From assembly GCA_964564905.1 (NCBI GenBank), contig CAZMCI010000001.1, forward strand, positions 7,986-71,985: DNA of 64,000 nucleotides, given 5' to 3'. Position numbers and translations under genes: made by a program. This document shows positions 8,938-19,167 of this stretch, one piece after another; position 1 is the first letter of the stretch, and every line of letters starts with the position of its first letter. The notes under the pieces are model-generated. The model was given only the letters and a program-made list of their open reading frames with translations. It was not told where the DNA came from and did not search any database. Source of the stretch: Candidatus Hadarchaeota archaeon. Lineage in GTDB: Archaea; Hadarchaeota; Hadarchaeia; Hadarchaeales; Hadarchaeaceae.

Positions 8938-9306
8938 TTGAAGGCTTTAAAACGTGTGTTTGGGGGTTCGAAGACTGAAGAGAACGCCGTAAGCGAGGTT
9001 CCCGTCATGGAGGTAGAAACTGCCAACACGGTAAGGGCTCCCAGCGAACTCGAACCGATTTACGTGAAAAGCATGGAATTGAGAAGCCTAGTGGATGTAC
9101 AAGAAGTGGCAGAAGAACTCAAAAACGGCAATATCATGATTCTCGATATCAGCACGCTCATGAATCAGGACCAAGAAGAGCTAAAACGGGCGATAGATCA
9201 GATAAAAGGAATCTCTCAGGCCATCGGTGGGGATATCGGCCGTCTCACGGAATCTAAAGTTATCGCAACTCCCCGATTTGTAAATATTCAGTTCAGGAAA
9301 CCCTAG
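8938..9306 (+). CDS. sepF: Cell division protein SepF homolog (DUF552)
   Basis: C-terminal SepF domain IMILDISTLMNQDQEELKRAIDQIKGISQAIGGDIGRL; TTG start as in the ORF track. Confidence 0.65.
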   Translation: MKALKRVFGGSKTEENAVSEVPVMEVETANTVRAPSELEPIYVKSMELRSLVDVQEVAEELKNGNIMILDISTLMNQDQEELKRAIDQIKGISQAIGGDIGRLTESKVIATPRFVNIQFRKP

Positions 9307-9324
9307 GTTATTTTTGGTGAACCC

Positions 9325-9888
9325 ATGTTTGAAAGGGAGTTTGTGCTCCCTAGCGGTCGGTGCCCTATTTGTGGAGCCGAAAACACATTCGTGATCAGAG
9401 GGCGTATCAACGACATCCCTCACTTTGGAGAAACCATGGAAACTCTCGTAAGCTGCAGCAACTGCAAGTTCAAGCATGCGGACGTGATGCATCTAGAGGA
9501 ACACGAACCCATGCGCTATGAGTTCAAGATCTCCTCAGAGAAGGACCTCATGGTGCGTGTCGTCAAATCGAGTACTGGAACGATAAAAATACCTAAATTG
9601 GGCATAACGGTGAAACCAGGCTCCGGAAGCGAGGGGTATATCTCCAATATCGAAGGAGTAATCAACCGCATTGAAAGGGCGATTGCACTGGCAATTGAAA
9701 AGGCGGACCCTATCAAACGTCGGCGTGGCAGATCCAAGCTAAACAGGCTCAATGCCGTCAGAAACGGGAGGGAAGAAATCAAAATTATAGTAATGGATCC
9801 ATTTGGGCACAGCGCTATTATCGACAAACGAGTAAAAAAACGCAGACTCAGCAAAAGAGAGGTAAACAGGCTAAAAGCTGAACTCTAA
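9325..9888 (+). CDS. ZPR1-type zinc-finger protein
   Basis: CPICG...(24)...CSNCKFK C4 zinc ribbon followed by a ZPR1-like beta-rich domain; 187 aa. Confidence 0.55.
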   Translation: MFEREFVLPSGRCPICGAENTFVIRGRINDIPHFGETMETLVSCSNCKFKHADVMHLEEHEPMRYEFKISSEKDLMVRVVKSSTGTIKIPKLGITVKPGSGSEGYISNIEGVINRIERAIALAIEKADPIKRRRGRSKLNRLNAVRNGREEIKIIVMDPFGHSAIIDKRVKKRRLSKREVNRLKAEL

Positions 9889-11792
9889 CGTAATCTTACC
9901 GTTTCCAGGTTCTGAATGGATCTAGTCTCCACCCTGAAAAGCCTGTGCAATGCACTTGCTAGGTCTATGCATTTGTTTTCATCTCCGTGTACACTCAATA
10001 TCCGTTGGGGTTTTGGGGATATCCTCCTAACGTAGTTTAGAAGTTGAGCCCGGTCGGAGTGCCCACTGAACCCTTCCACGCTCTTGACCTCCAAGTTGAC
10101 CTTTACTTCTTTCACCTTGCCCTTTTCATCCGGCATTGGTATTTCTCTCCATCCCTTCTGGATACGTCTGCCGAGCGAGCCCTCAGCCTGATACCCAACA
10201 AAAACCAAGGTATTGCGCGGATCGGGGGCCAGATATTTGAAATACTCCATGACCGGTCCACCCGTCATCATACCAGCGGTCGAGATTATAACACTCGGCT
10301 CTCCATCGATCACGTTTGCCCTTTGATCCGCTCCCGAAACTTTCACAAACATGTCGGACAGAAATGGGTTCTCGTCCGCTTTGAATATGAGTTCACGCAG
10401 ATCTTGGGAGAGATACTCTGGATATGCCGTGTGGATGGCTGTCGCTTCCCATATCATTCCATCCAGGTAAACCGGCACGCTATCAAGAATGCCTTTTCGC
10501 CTAAAGTCCTCCAAGAGAACCATTATCTCCTGAGACCGGCCAACCGCAAACGCGGGGATCAAAACTTTCCCGCCTCGTTTAACGGTCTCCGAGACGATCC
10601 GTATGAATTCCTTTTCGGCTTCAGAGCGGTGAGGTTGAATATCATCAGCTCCTCCATATGTGCTCTCGATTATCAAGGCTTCCACTCTGGGAAAAGAGTA
10701 GACTGCAGGAGGAAAAAGACGTGTGCGGTCGAATTTGATATCTCCAGTATATACCACGTTGTAGAGCCCCTCGCCAATATGAAAGTGCAGAACTGAAGAG
10801 CCGAGGATGTGCCCAGCATTATTGAAGGTAACTCTTATATCTGGCGTGACGTCGGTGACATCGCCATATTCCAGAGGGATGCAGTGCGAAAGAAAGGTGC
10901 TTATATCTCGTTTGCTGTAGGGCAGGGGTTTGTCCTCTCTCTCCGCTATTTCTACGTAATCCATCTGCAGGAGAACTGCGAGATCCCGGGTAGGCGGTGT
11001 ACAGTACACTGGACCATCGAACCCGTACTTAAACAGGTATGGAACGAAACCGCTGTGATCCAAATGCGCATGGGAGATCACCACTGCGTCCAGCTCCGAC
11101 AATCTCATTTCCGGAACTTCGAGATGCGGATATGCCCTATCCTCAGACGCCACGTTCACCCCGCAATCCACCATCACCTTGCTCTCAGGGGTTTGGAGCA
11201 GGAAACAGGACCTACCGACTTCCCTAGCCCCACCTAAAGCTGTGAAACGTACCCAGTCGCCCTTTGATTTCGATTCACGATGTATACGACGTCCAATTTT
11301 CCTCAAAATTTCTCTTCTTTCTGAACTGGCATGGATCATCGAAAGACGGATGTTTCTCACCAAGTCCGATTTTATAGGTGGAGCCCGAACCACATGGGGG
11401 GTCCATTTAATCTTATACATCAGCTCGCGGAGGAGGCTCCCGCCTTTTCCTATCGCTATTCCTGGTTTCTCCGCTTCGATGGTGACCTCACCTATGTCCT
11501 CGCTGAAAATGATATCGGTCACCCCAGCCTCCGGCGGAACCAGCTCTCTGATCAGCTTTTCCGCTTCTTCTTTCTTAGTCAGGATTGATGGATCCGGGCG
11601 CAAAATAATTCGCTTTCTGATTTTTCGTGCGAGTTCCTTTATCGCTTCGCCGTTCTCCATCAGCAGATCCAAGTTCTTGCAGTAAAGCACAACCCTTGGG
11701 CCCTCGAAATCGATGTCTGAAACCGCACCGGCAAACGGTGTCTCCTCTCTCACGATACGCTTTATCTCTTTCAACAGTTCTTCTGCAGCCAT
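9885..11792 (-). CDS. Archaeal CPSF1 homolog / beta-CASP ribonuclease (FttA transcription termination factor)
   Basis: N-terminal KH domains, metallo-beta-lactamase motif HAHLDHSG, beta-CASP region; 635 aa, typical for aCPSF1. Confidence 0.85.
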   Translation of the reverse strand: MAAEELLKEIKRIVREETPFAGAVSDIDFEGPRVVLYCKNLDLLMENGEAIKELARKIRKRIILRPDPSILTKKEEAEKLIRELVPPEAGVTDIIFSEDIGEVTIEAEKPGIAIGKGGSLLRELMYKIKWTPHVVRAPPIKSDLVRNIRLSMIHASSERREILRKIGRRIHRESKSKGDWVRFTALGGAREVGRSCFLLQTPESKVMVDCGVNVASEDRAYPHLEVPEMRLSELDAVVISHAHLDHSGFVPYLFKYGFDGPVYCTPPTRDLAVLLQMDYVEIAEREDKPLPYSKRDISTFLSHCIPLEYGDVTDVTPDIRVTFNNAGHILGSSVLHFHIGEGLYNVVYTGDIKFDRTRLFPPAVYSFPRVEALIIESTYGGADDIQPHRSEAEKEFIRIVSETVKRGGKVLIPAFAVGRSQEIMVLLEDFRRKGILDSVPVYLDGMIWEATAIHTAYPEYLSQDLRELIFKADENPFLSDMFVKVSGADQRANVIDGEPSVIISTAGMMTGGPVMEYFKYLAPDPRNTLVFVGYQAEGSLGRRIQKGWREIPMPDEKGKVKEVKVNLEVKSVEGFSGHSDRAQLLNYVRRISPKPQRILSVHGDENKCIDLASALHRLFRVETRSIQNLETVRLR

Positions 11793-11811
11793 GCAACCAA
11801 CTTTCAGGTGA

Positions 11812-12504
11812 TTAAATTAATTTTTTGATCTGTTCAGGTGTCAGCTCAAAATAACCTCCCTTGGTCACGGACGCCGCCATAACTTCGTTTCCGGTGGCGA
11901 TATCCCGTCTCATCGCCGTTTTTATAGCTTTAACTGCTATCGGCAATGCCGTGTCGACCTTCGTGCCCTCCTTGAACTCCGTTTCGAGCACCCCATACGC
12001 CACCGGAGATCCGGAACCGGTAGCGAGCATTTTCTCCTCGACCAAACCTCCGTCCATGCTTACGAAGAACAATTTTGGTCCCGCCCGGTCCACCCCGCCG
12101 ATGAGAAGATGGGCCATGTAAGGGAAAAAGCTATATGCGTTCATGATATTCGCCACCAGCCTAGCACATGCTTGTACGTCCATCGGGATCCCCTCGCGCA
12201 TCGAGTAATATCCTGCTTCTGCTCTCATCACGTCAACAAGACGCTGAGTATCAGCCACGCCCCCCGCGGTAGTAAAGGCGATATTGTCGGTTATCTTGTA
12301 GATCTTTCTGGCCTTTTTGCTCGCTATCTCGTAATCCATGGTAGCACGAGTATCCGTGGCCAAGACTACTCCATCTTCGCACACGAGGCCAACCGTCGTC
12401 GTACCTTTCAGATATTTCAGTTTCTCATCTTTCAGGTCCCTCAATTCAACACCGTCCGAAAAACGCTGCGTTAAAAGCAGCAATTTAGTGCTGGAGTTAG
12501 TCAT
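11812..12504 (-). CDS. psmB: Proteasome subunit beta. The start is uncertain: the first ATG is at 12504, and an alternative TTG gives a ~14-aa propeptide.
   Basis: Mature N-terminus GTTTVGL, Ntn-hydrolase fold motifs. The ORF track's longer 260-aa version has an implausible N-terminal extension. Confidence 0.8.
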   Translation of the reverse strand: MTNSSTKLLLLTQRFSDGVELRDLKDEKLKYLKGTTTVGLVCEDGVVLATDTRATMDYEIASKKARKIYKITDNIAFTTAGGVADTQRLVDVMRAEAGYYSMREGIPMDVQACARLVANIMNAYSFFPYMAHLLIGGVDRAGPKLFFVSMDGGLVEEKMLATGSGSPVAYGVLETEFKEGTKVDTALPIAVKAIKTAMRRDIATGNEVMAASVTKGGYFELTPEQIKKLI

Positions 12505-12520
12505 ATTTAACTTTACCGCC
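12505..12520 (-). promoter_or_regulatory. GGCGGTAAAGTTAAAT motif directly abutting the first ATG of psmB
   Basis: The reverse complement of 12505-12520 reads GGCGGTAAAGTTAAAT, followed by ATG. Confidence 0.3.
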
Positions 12521-12739
12521 AGGAAGCCCCCTTCCGCGATGGAGGGGCGAAGAAGCGAGTTTTTTCTATATAAAGAACCTCCGGCTAAATACATGGGGGA
12601 TGAGTCGATGCTATCGTACAGATTCGGTTTCTATCCATCAAAAATGGTACAAAGAAGTCCCGTCACTGGAGCAGGAAGCTCCCTGCGAAAGCTGGGGGAG
12701 AGTTCACATCTTATCAGCCGCCAAAAAAGCGGTGCGCGG

Positions 12740-13786
12740 TTGAAGGAATCCAAATGCATCCAGCTTCCCCGTGAGGTCTGGATGGGTCCAAAGGTAATTT
12801 CCCAGCTGGCTGACGTCTGCAAACGACTCTGTCCTGGAAACCGCACGTTGATAGTGGCGGACCGTACCACCTACAGGCTAGCCGGCCAGAAAGTTGAGGA
12901 ATTGTTCCGGCAGGCGAAATTCAAAGCAGACCATGTGTTGATAGAGCAAGCTGACATGAAGACGGTCAAAAACGTCAGACGGCTGGTAAGGAGAAAGAGT
13001 GATTTTTTGCTTGGTCTTGGAGGAGGAAGATGTATCGATGTGGCAAAGCTGGCATCCTTCGAGGAAGGCATACCCTTCGTCTCAGTTCCGACAGCCGCTT
13101 CTCACGATGGTATAGCTTCATCCAGAGCATCCATCCTTGGAAAACGTAAACCTACCTCAGTTGAGACCCATGCCCCGATAGCGATCGTCGCGGATACGCT
13201 TATCATAAAAAGTGCGCCCCATAGACTGCTCGCTGCTGGATGTGGAGACCTGGTCGCAAATTTCACCGCAGTCCGGGACTGGCAGCTGGCCCACCGCCTG
13301 AAGGGAGAGCCCTACAGTGAGTACGCTGCTACTCTCTCTTTAGTGAGTGCTCAGATAGTAATGGAAAATGCAAAGTTCATCAGTCGGCATACCGAGAAGA
13401 GCGTGAGAAAAGTGGTGAAGGCGCTCATTTCCAGCAGTGTGGCGATGGCGATAGCTGGAAGCAGCAGACCCGCGAGCGGGGCGGAGCATTTGTTCAGCCA
13501 TGCTCTTGACCTCATCGCTCCCAAGCCAGCGCTCCACGGCGAGCAGTGTGGAGTTGGGACAATAATGATGGCTTACCTTCACGGTGAGGATTGGCAGGAA
13601 ATCAGAAAAACGCTTCAGATAATTGGGGCCCCGACGAACGCGAGAGAGCTTGGCATCCCTGCTAAATACATCGTCAAGGCGCTCACGATTGCTCACCGCA
13701 TAAGGCCGGAGCGCTACACAATTTTAAAAAAAGGTCTGAAACCCCGTGCGGCCGAACAACTTGCGAAGATCACCGGCGTCATTTAG
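12740..13786 (+). CDS. egsA: Glycerol-1-phosphate dehydrogenase [NAD(P)+] (archaeal lipid backbone synthesis). Start proposed at TTG 12740; upstream in-frame ATGs at 12608/12644 would add an atypical ~30-45-aa extension.
   Basis: IQLPREVWMGPKVI...LIVADRTTY N-terminal G1PDH motif, Fe-ADH/DHQS-like fold. 349 aa from the TTG. Adjacent to a UbiA prenyltransferase. Confidence 0.7.
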   Translation: MKESKCIQLPREVWMGPKVISQLADVCKRLCPGNRTLIVADRTTYRLAGQKVEELFRQAKFKADHVLIEQADMKTVKNVRRLVRRKSDFLLGLGGGRCIDVAKLASFEEGIPFVSVPTAASHDGIASSRASILGKRKPTSVETHAPIAIVADTLIIKSAPHRLLAAGCGDLVANFTAVRDWQLAHRLKGEPYSEYAATLSLVSAQIVMENAKFISRHTEKSVRKVVKALISSSVAMAIAGSSRPASGAEHLFSHALDLIAPKPALHGEQCGVGTIMMAYLHGEDWQEIRKTLQIIGAPTNARELGIPAKYIVKALTIAHRIRPERYTILKKGLKPRAAEQLAKITGVI

Positions 13787-13866
13787 TGGCTCTTTGGCTC
13801 CGCTAAGGTTAAGTTTCTCTGATAAGTAGAAACACCTGAAGGGAAAAGGAGGCCGAAACTATTCGC

Positions 13867-14721
13867 ATGCCGCCGATACTTGAACTCATCCGACCTTTGA
13901 ACTGTATCCTCGCAGGTGTAGCTGTGCTTATTGGAGCGGTGATCACAACTGGCAGTCTGAACATGCCTGAATTGGTACTATTTTCGGCTTTTGCAGCTGC
14001 TGCGCTTGTTGCGGGTGGTGGCAACGCGATAAATGACTACTTCGACCGGGATATCGACCGCGTCAATCGTCCTCATCGCCCCATCCCCTCAGGTGGTGTA
14101 ACCCCCAGAACTGCCCTGATCATCGCTCAGGTGCTGTTCATAGCGGGAATCGCATTCACAGCATTTCTTAACATTTACTGCCTTTTGCTCGCCACCTTGA
14201 ACTCTGCGGTGTTGTTCGTCTACACATGGAAGCTCAAGCGTCGTGGGCTTGTCGGCAACATCTCAATAGGATACTTGGTGGGATCGACCCTCCTTTTCGG
14301 CGGACTTGCCACTGCCCATTTAAGGGCAGGATCACCCATCTCCGGTGGGCTCCTAGTCTTGGTCTTAATGGCATCGCTTTCCACAGTTGGACGTGAACTT
14401 ATCAAAGCGATTGAGGATATGAGGGGAGACCGAAAGCTCGGATTCAAGACCTTTCCACTCCGTCACGGTGTCGGCAAGACGGCGGCGTTGGCGATAGGGT
14501 TTCTGGGTGCCGCGATAGCGATCTCCCCCCTGCCGTATCTGCTGGGTATATTCGGATGGCCGTATCTCGCTCTTCTTATAATTTCGATCATTGCATTCTT
14601 GGTTGCGATTGGTATAATAGTGCGGAGTAGGGAACCGAAAGGAGCGGGCAAGTCATCGCTTGCATGCAAGATAGGAATGGCGCTCGGCTTGCTGGCATTT
14701 TTGGTGGGTACGTTCTTCTGA
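13867..14721 (+). CDS. UbiA-family prenyltransferase, probable (S)-2,3-di-O-geranylgeranylglyceryl phosphate synthase
   Basis: NAINDYFDRDIDRVNRPHRPIPSG Asp-rich motif, 8-9 predicted TM helices, downstream of egsA. Confidence 0.7.
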   Translation: MPPILELIRPLNCILAGVAVLIGAVITTGSLNMPELVLFSAFAAAALVAGGGNAINDYFDRDIDRVNRPHRPIPSGGVTPRTALIIAQVLFIAGIAFTAFLNIYCLLLATLNSAVLFVYTWKLKRRGLVGNISIGYLVGSTLLFGGLATAHLRAGSPISGGLLVLVLMASLSTVGRELIKAIEDMRGDRKLGFKTFPLRHGVGKTAALAIGFLGAAIAISPLPYLLGIFGWPYLALLIISIIAFLVAIGIIVRSREPKGAGKSSLACKIGMALGLLAFLVGTFF

Positions 14722-14727
14722 TTCTGG

Positions 14728-15189
14728 TCAGCCAAGCCACTGATAAGGATTAAACTCGGACGGCGGGATGAACATCACTTCAGCATATCCCCTACGAAGA
14801 AGCTCTGCATTCAGATTCACCCAACATCCCCCAATTTTGACGTACACAACTGCAATTGTCCGACCGTAACGGTCCGCCGGGCCGAGATCATCGACATCCA
14901 AACCAATTATTTTCCCTGATGGACAAAGCCCCTCGACGAACTCTTTCGCCTCGAGCCCATCACCTGAGGAAGTTTCAGGGGTGTTTACCCCGACCAATCT
15001 GACTTCCTCTCCACCTTGAATGATGATAGTGTCGCCATCCACCACATACCACACCCTCTCCTCCCGCTCGATATGTGGTAAAGATGAGCTATCCACTGAA
15101 CCTGTCGGGACAAAAATTCCGCTTAAAAATACAACACCGAATGCCGCCGCGATAAAGATCAAAACCATCAGCCGGTTTGACCTGTTCAT
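14728..15189 (-). CDS. Membrane-anchored thermonuclease (staphylococcal nuclease/SNase-like)
   Basis: N-terminal TM helix. SNase motifs YVVDGDTIII and VRLVGVNTPE. Confidence 0.6.
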   Translation of the reverse strand: MNRSNRLMVLIFIAAAFGVVFLSGIFVPTGSVDSSSLPHIEREERVWYVVDGDTIIIQGGEEVRLVGVNTPETSSGDGLEAKEFVEGLCPSGKIIGLDVDDLGPADRYGRTIAVVYVKIGGCWVNLNAELLRRGYAEVMFIPPSEFNPYQWLG

Positions 15190-15444
15190 CCCCCCGCTCG
15201 GTCTTTGCGTGGAAGGTTCCTTTAAAGGGAAAATTAGGGCTCTGTTTCAAACTCGGGAGACGGACCAATAAATCCGAGCCCGCAATCGTCCCAAAGCCAG
15301 GGGGCACTTGGCGTCTTCGATGCGTGGACATGCAAGATCATGGGGCGAGATGGGAAGATCGAAAAGGCCAGAATACCCCCTTTGGTATGCCATCTTCCGA
15401 AGGTGAAGCAGAACCAATTTTAGTCAAGTGACGACAAATCAATA

Positions 15445-15735
15445 TTGATATCCATGAAAGCCAGAGCTCACGTTTTCATCACCGGACGTGTCACCGGTGT
15501 CTTCTTCAGGTACTACACCCAACAACTGGCCAGAAAACTGGGCGTGAATGGGTGGGTTAGAAATTTGCGCGATGGAAGGGTCGAGGCCGTCTTCGAGGGG
15601 GGACGTGAAGAGGTGGAGAAAATGGTGAAATTCTGTCATGATGGACCCCCTGGTGCAAGAGTGACGGATGTTGAAGTCAAATGGGAGGAATACAAGAGCG
15701 AGTTCTCGGGATTTGAGATAAGGTACTGGGGATGA
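15445..15735 (+). CDS. acyP: Acylphosphatase
   Basis: VxGxVQGVxFR-type motif ([14 protein letters not shown]), [17 protein letters not shown]; 96 aa. Confidence 0.8.
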   Translation: MISMKARAHVFITGRVTGVFFRYYTQQLARKLGVNGWVRNLRDGRVEAVFEGGREEVEKMVKFCHDGPPGARVTDVEVKWEEYKSEFSGFEIRYWG

Positions 15736-16199
15736 ATATGAGCGTTCGTTCGCTGGCTGAGATTATGGAGGAGATGCGTAAGTATTACAAAGCCAACCCA
15801 GAACTCCGCCGGAAGTGGAGGGTCCTAGCAGGGAGCGATGAATATGGTTTTAGCGATTTATTCTTCTACGCGCCAAAGCTGGGGATATGGCAGATCAAAG
15901 GCGAGCTGAGGTCACCTAACGAACTCATAGGGGCTGGAGCTCGAGTTTCGGCGAGAAAGATCGACGAGGAAATCAGAGCATTGATGGAGCAGGGGACACC
16001 CGTGCCGTTCGGTCTCATCTCGCCCCACCCTAAGCTGAGGGACCACGCAATCATCGCGACAGGTTTGGGACGGTATCAGGAAACAACCAAGCAATTAAAA
16101 GAGCACCTCACGAGTCGGGAGCGCAAAGCGGATGCGGAACTCAAGAAAAGAATCGAGAGGTTGCGGCGCGAGCTGGGCCTTGACTTGGCCTACCTCTAA
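15732..16199 (+). CDS. Hypothetical protein (155 aa), translationally coupled to acyP
   Basis: 4-nt overlap with the acyP stop; no recognisable motif. Confidence 0.4.
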   Translation: MNMSVRSLAEIMEEMRKYYKANPELRRKWRVLAGSDEYGFSDLFFYAPKLGIWQIKGELRSPNELIGAGARVSARKIDEEIRALMEQGTPVPFGLISPHPKLRDHAIIATGLGRYQETTKQLKEHLTSRERKADAELKKRIERLRRELGLDLAYL

Positions 16200-16243
16200 C
16201 CCAACCAAAAATAAGCTTCCTCACGCATATTTGGCTGATAAAA

Positions 16244-19105
16244 ATGTATGAAAAAACTAACGTGTTCGAGCTATTGGCGAAACCCATCCGCAAGTTGCTA
16301 GCTGAACGTGGGTTGACCGAACCAACTTTACCGCAACAGAAGTCCATCCCAAAAATTCTGGAAGGTAAAAACGTGCTGTTGATTGCGCCAAGCGGTACTG
16401 GAAAGACGGAAAGCGCGTTCTTGCCAGTGCTCCACCAACTACTGCTCTCCCAGAGCCGTGAACCCGGAATCAAAGTCCTTTACGTAACACCGCTCAGGGC
16501 CCTCAACCGTGACATGCTCGAACGTCTGGAGTGGTGGTGCCGTGCTTTAGACTTACGAATATCTGTACGCCACGGTGACACGACGGCGCGCGAGAGAAGA
16601 ACCCAAGCCCTGTTTTCCTCTGATGTGATGATCACCACCCCGGAAACGCTTCAGATATTCTTACTGGGACGGAGGTTGAGCGAACACCTCCGGGGGGTGA
16701 GATGGGTGATCATAGATGAGGTTCACGAACTCGCGGACAACAAACGGGGAGCCCAACTTGCCTTGACGCTGGAACGTCTTCGCGAACTTAAAGGAGGTGA
16801 GTTCCAGCTTATCGGGCTTTCGGCCACTATAGGATCTCCACAGGAAGTCGCCCGGTTTTTGGTGGGGACGGGACGCCCCTGCGAAATCGTCGATGTGAGC
16901 GTCGCGCGCGAACTCAGGATAGATGTGGAATACCCGGAACCAACCAAGCGCGACCTTGGACTCGCAAATGAACTCTACACGTACCCTCCCGTCGCAGCTA
17001 GGCTTCGGTTGATGCGGAAACTCATCGAAGAACACGGCTCCACGTTGATTTTCACGAACACCCGCCCGACCGCGGAAGTGCTCGCGAGCCGCTTCAAGCT
17101 CTGGGACATCCGCTTTCCCCTCAGCGTCCACCATGGCTCCCTCTCAAGCTTTTCCCGCCTCAGGGCCGAGCGTGCGCTGAAACAAGGGGAAGTCAAGGGG
17201 ATAATCTGTACCTCATCGATGGAACTCGGACTGGATATAGGACGCATCGACCTCGTCATCCAGTATAACTCCCCCAGACAGGTGACTCGATTGTTGCAGC
17301 GAGTGGGTCGCAGTGGTCACCGGATAGGTGAAGTGGCTAAAGGGGTCATCGTGGTTCAGGACCCGGATGATGCCCTTGAATCCATAGTCATCGCCGCACG
17401 GTCACGCCAGCGGAAACTCGAACCGGTATCGGTCGTCCAAAAGCCCCTGGACGTGCTCCTGCACGCCCTTGTCTCGATGCTCACGGTGAGGAGCAGGAGT
17501 GGGGTCGATGAAGCTTATGAGGTGTTCAGGCGCGCATATCCATTCAAGGACCTCACAAAGGAGGACCTGATTAACGTGCTCAATTTCGCGCAGAGCTTGG
17601 AAAAACAGCTCCTGTGGGTGTCCAAGGACGGAAAGGAATTTGCGCGCCCGAGGTCCAAGGAACGCGTCTTCGAGTACTATTTCGGCAACCTCTCCATGAT
17701 TCCCGAGTTCCGTCAGTACCTCGTAGTGGACGATGAAAAAAACCAACCAGTCGGGATTCTCGACGAGTCCTTCGTGGCGGAGTACGGTGAACCGGGTGTG
17801 AAATTTGTGATCGGTGGCGAGATATGGAGAATTCTGCAGGTCTTCAGAGACAGGGTATATGTGAGATCCGATAGGGACCCGCTTGGAGCGATTCCAACTT
17901 GGATAGGAGAGGAAATCCCGGTACCTTACTCAGTGGCTCAAGAGGTGGGAAAGCTTAGGGGGTGGCTCGACGAACTCCTGCGGAAAAACAAAAAATTTGA
18001 GGAAGCAGCCGCCGAGCTCGCAAAACACTACGATGTATCGACCAAAACGATGGCACTCGCCCTCGCCGACGCCCACAAGCAGATCAACGCGGGTTTACCG
18101 CTACCCACAGACCGGAGGATTACCGTAGAGCGTGTAAAAGAGATATGCGTGGTCAACGCTTGCTTCGGGACTCTCGTTAATCGAACCCTCGCGCGCCTGC
18201 TAGCTTACAAGGCCTCGTTGGAGCTGGGTGAAACGGTATCAACCTCGGTGGACCCTTATCGGATCTTGCTCCGCTCGGAAACACTGAAACCAAAGCAAGT
18301 TATCGAAATCCTCAAGGGAAGGCTCAGCGCAGATCTCAAGCGCGACTTGCGTGAGATCATCGAGCAGAGTCGCTTCTTCCGCTGGAGGCTGTCACAGGTA
18401 GCTAGGCGAATGGGCGTCCTCGAGCGCGAAGCCGAAATCACGAGTGCCGTCCTGGATAAGCTCATGCATGCGTTGAGAGGCACTTCGGCGTTCGAGGAAA
18501 CGTTCAAAGAAGTCGTGCGTAAGGACCTCCACTTAGAGCGATCACTTGAGGTGCTGGAACGCATCAAAAAAGGAGAAATTGAGGTGGTATCGTTGGGAGA
18601 ACTGCCGGAACCGACCCCGGTGTCCAGCTCGGCTTGGCGACAACGCTACCTCGCTCTTGAACCCGTGATGCCCGAGCGTCTCAGATTGCTAGCAATAGCC
18701 TCTACCAAAGCGCGCCTCCTCAGTGAAGCCAGAACCTTCGCCTGCACCCAATGCAAACGCTATGTGGGGGAGCTCCAAATTTACGAGCTCGATGAACGCC
18801 CCAAGTGTCCTCGCTGTGGGTCGACTAAATTGGGGATGACGGAAAAATCTGAGGAAGAGGTACAACGAGCGATCGAGCTGTCCGAGAAGGGCAGAACTGT
18901 AGCACTCTGGCGGACACTGCAAGAAAGCGCAAAACTCATCTCTCGATACGGGAAAACAGCTGCTCTCGCGTTGGTCGGGCGAGGGATAACACCGGCAGCT
19001 GCGGGAGACATTTTATCTAGGGAACCAAAGTTTTCGAACAAATTCATAGAACTCCTGCTCAGAAAAGAACGGGATGCTCTCCTCAAGCGGTTCAGGTGGG
19101 CGTGA
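16244..19105 (+). CDS. Lhr-type (Ski2-like superfamily 2) DEVH-box helicase with C-terminal zinc ribbon
   Basis: Walker A APSGTGKT, DEVH box (IIDEVHEL), helicase C motifs, CTQCKRY...CPRCGS near the C-terminus; 953 aa. Confidence 0.7.
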   Translation: MYEKTNVFELLAKPIRKLLAERGLTEPTLPQQKSIPKILEGKNVLLIAPSGTGKTESAFLPVLHQLLLSQSREPGIKVLYVTPLRALNRDMLERLEWWCRALDLRISVRHGDTTARERRTQALFSSDVMITTPETLQIFLLGRRLSEHLRGVRWVIIDEVHELADNKRGAQLALTLERLRELKGGEFQLIGLSATIGSPQEVARFLVGTGRPCEIVDVSVARELRIDVEYPEPTKRDLGLANELYTYPPVAARLRLMRKLIEEHGSTLIFTNTRPTAEVLASRFKLWDIRFPLSVHHGSLSSFSRLRAERALKQGEVKGIICTSSMELGLDIGRIDLVIQYNSPRQVTRLLQRVGRSGHRIGEVAKGVIVVQDPDDALESIVIAARSRQRKLEPVSVVQKPLDVLLHALVSMLTVRSRSGVDEAYEVFRRAYPFKDLTKEDLINVLNFAQSLEKQLLWVSKDGKEFARPRSKERVFEYYFGNLSMIPEFRQYLVVDDEKNQPVGILDESFVAEYGEPGVKFVIGGEIWRILQVFRDRVYVRSDRDPLGAIPTWIGEEIPVPYSVAQEVGKLRGWLDELLRKNKKFEEAAAELAKHYDVSTKTMALALADAHKQINAGLPLPTDRRITVERVKEICVVNACFGTLVNRTLARLLAYKASLELGETVSTSVDPYRILLRSETLKPKQVIEILKGRLSADLKRDLREIIEQSRFFRWRLSQVARRMGVLEREAEITSAVLDKLMHALRGTSAFEETFKEVVRKDLHLERSLEVLERIKKGEIEVVSLGELPEPTPVSSSAWRQRYLALEPVMPERLRLLAIASTKARLLSEARTFACTQCKRYVGELQIYELDERPKCPRCGSTKLGMTEKSEEEVQRAIELSEKGRTVALWRTLQESAKLISRYGKTAALALVGRGITPAAAGDILSREPKFSNKFIELLLRKERDALLKRFRWA

Positions 19106-19167
19106 AGGTGTCCAGAAAGTTATCTCCTCGCTCTTCTTAGAAATCGTCCGCACCAAAAGTTTTGACC

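Noticed and set aside
10044-11685. Plus-strand ORFs (250, 142 and 168 aa) inside the aCPSF1 gene
   Set aside because: Antisense to a complete, motif-rich beta-CASP ribonuclease gene.
12338-12739. Long N-terminal extension of the G1PDH ORF starting at ATG 12338
   Set aside because: Would overlap psmB by ~170 nt on the opposite strand and add >130 non-homologous residues. An internal TTG/ATG start is preferred.
16661-18567. Minus-strand ORFs (157, 114 and 103 aa) inside the Lhr-type helicase gene
   Set aside because: Antisense shadow ORFs within a 953-aa CDS with complete helicase motifs.
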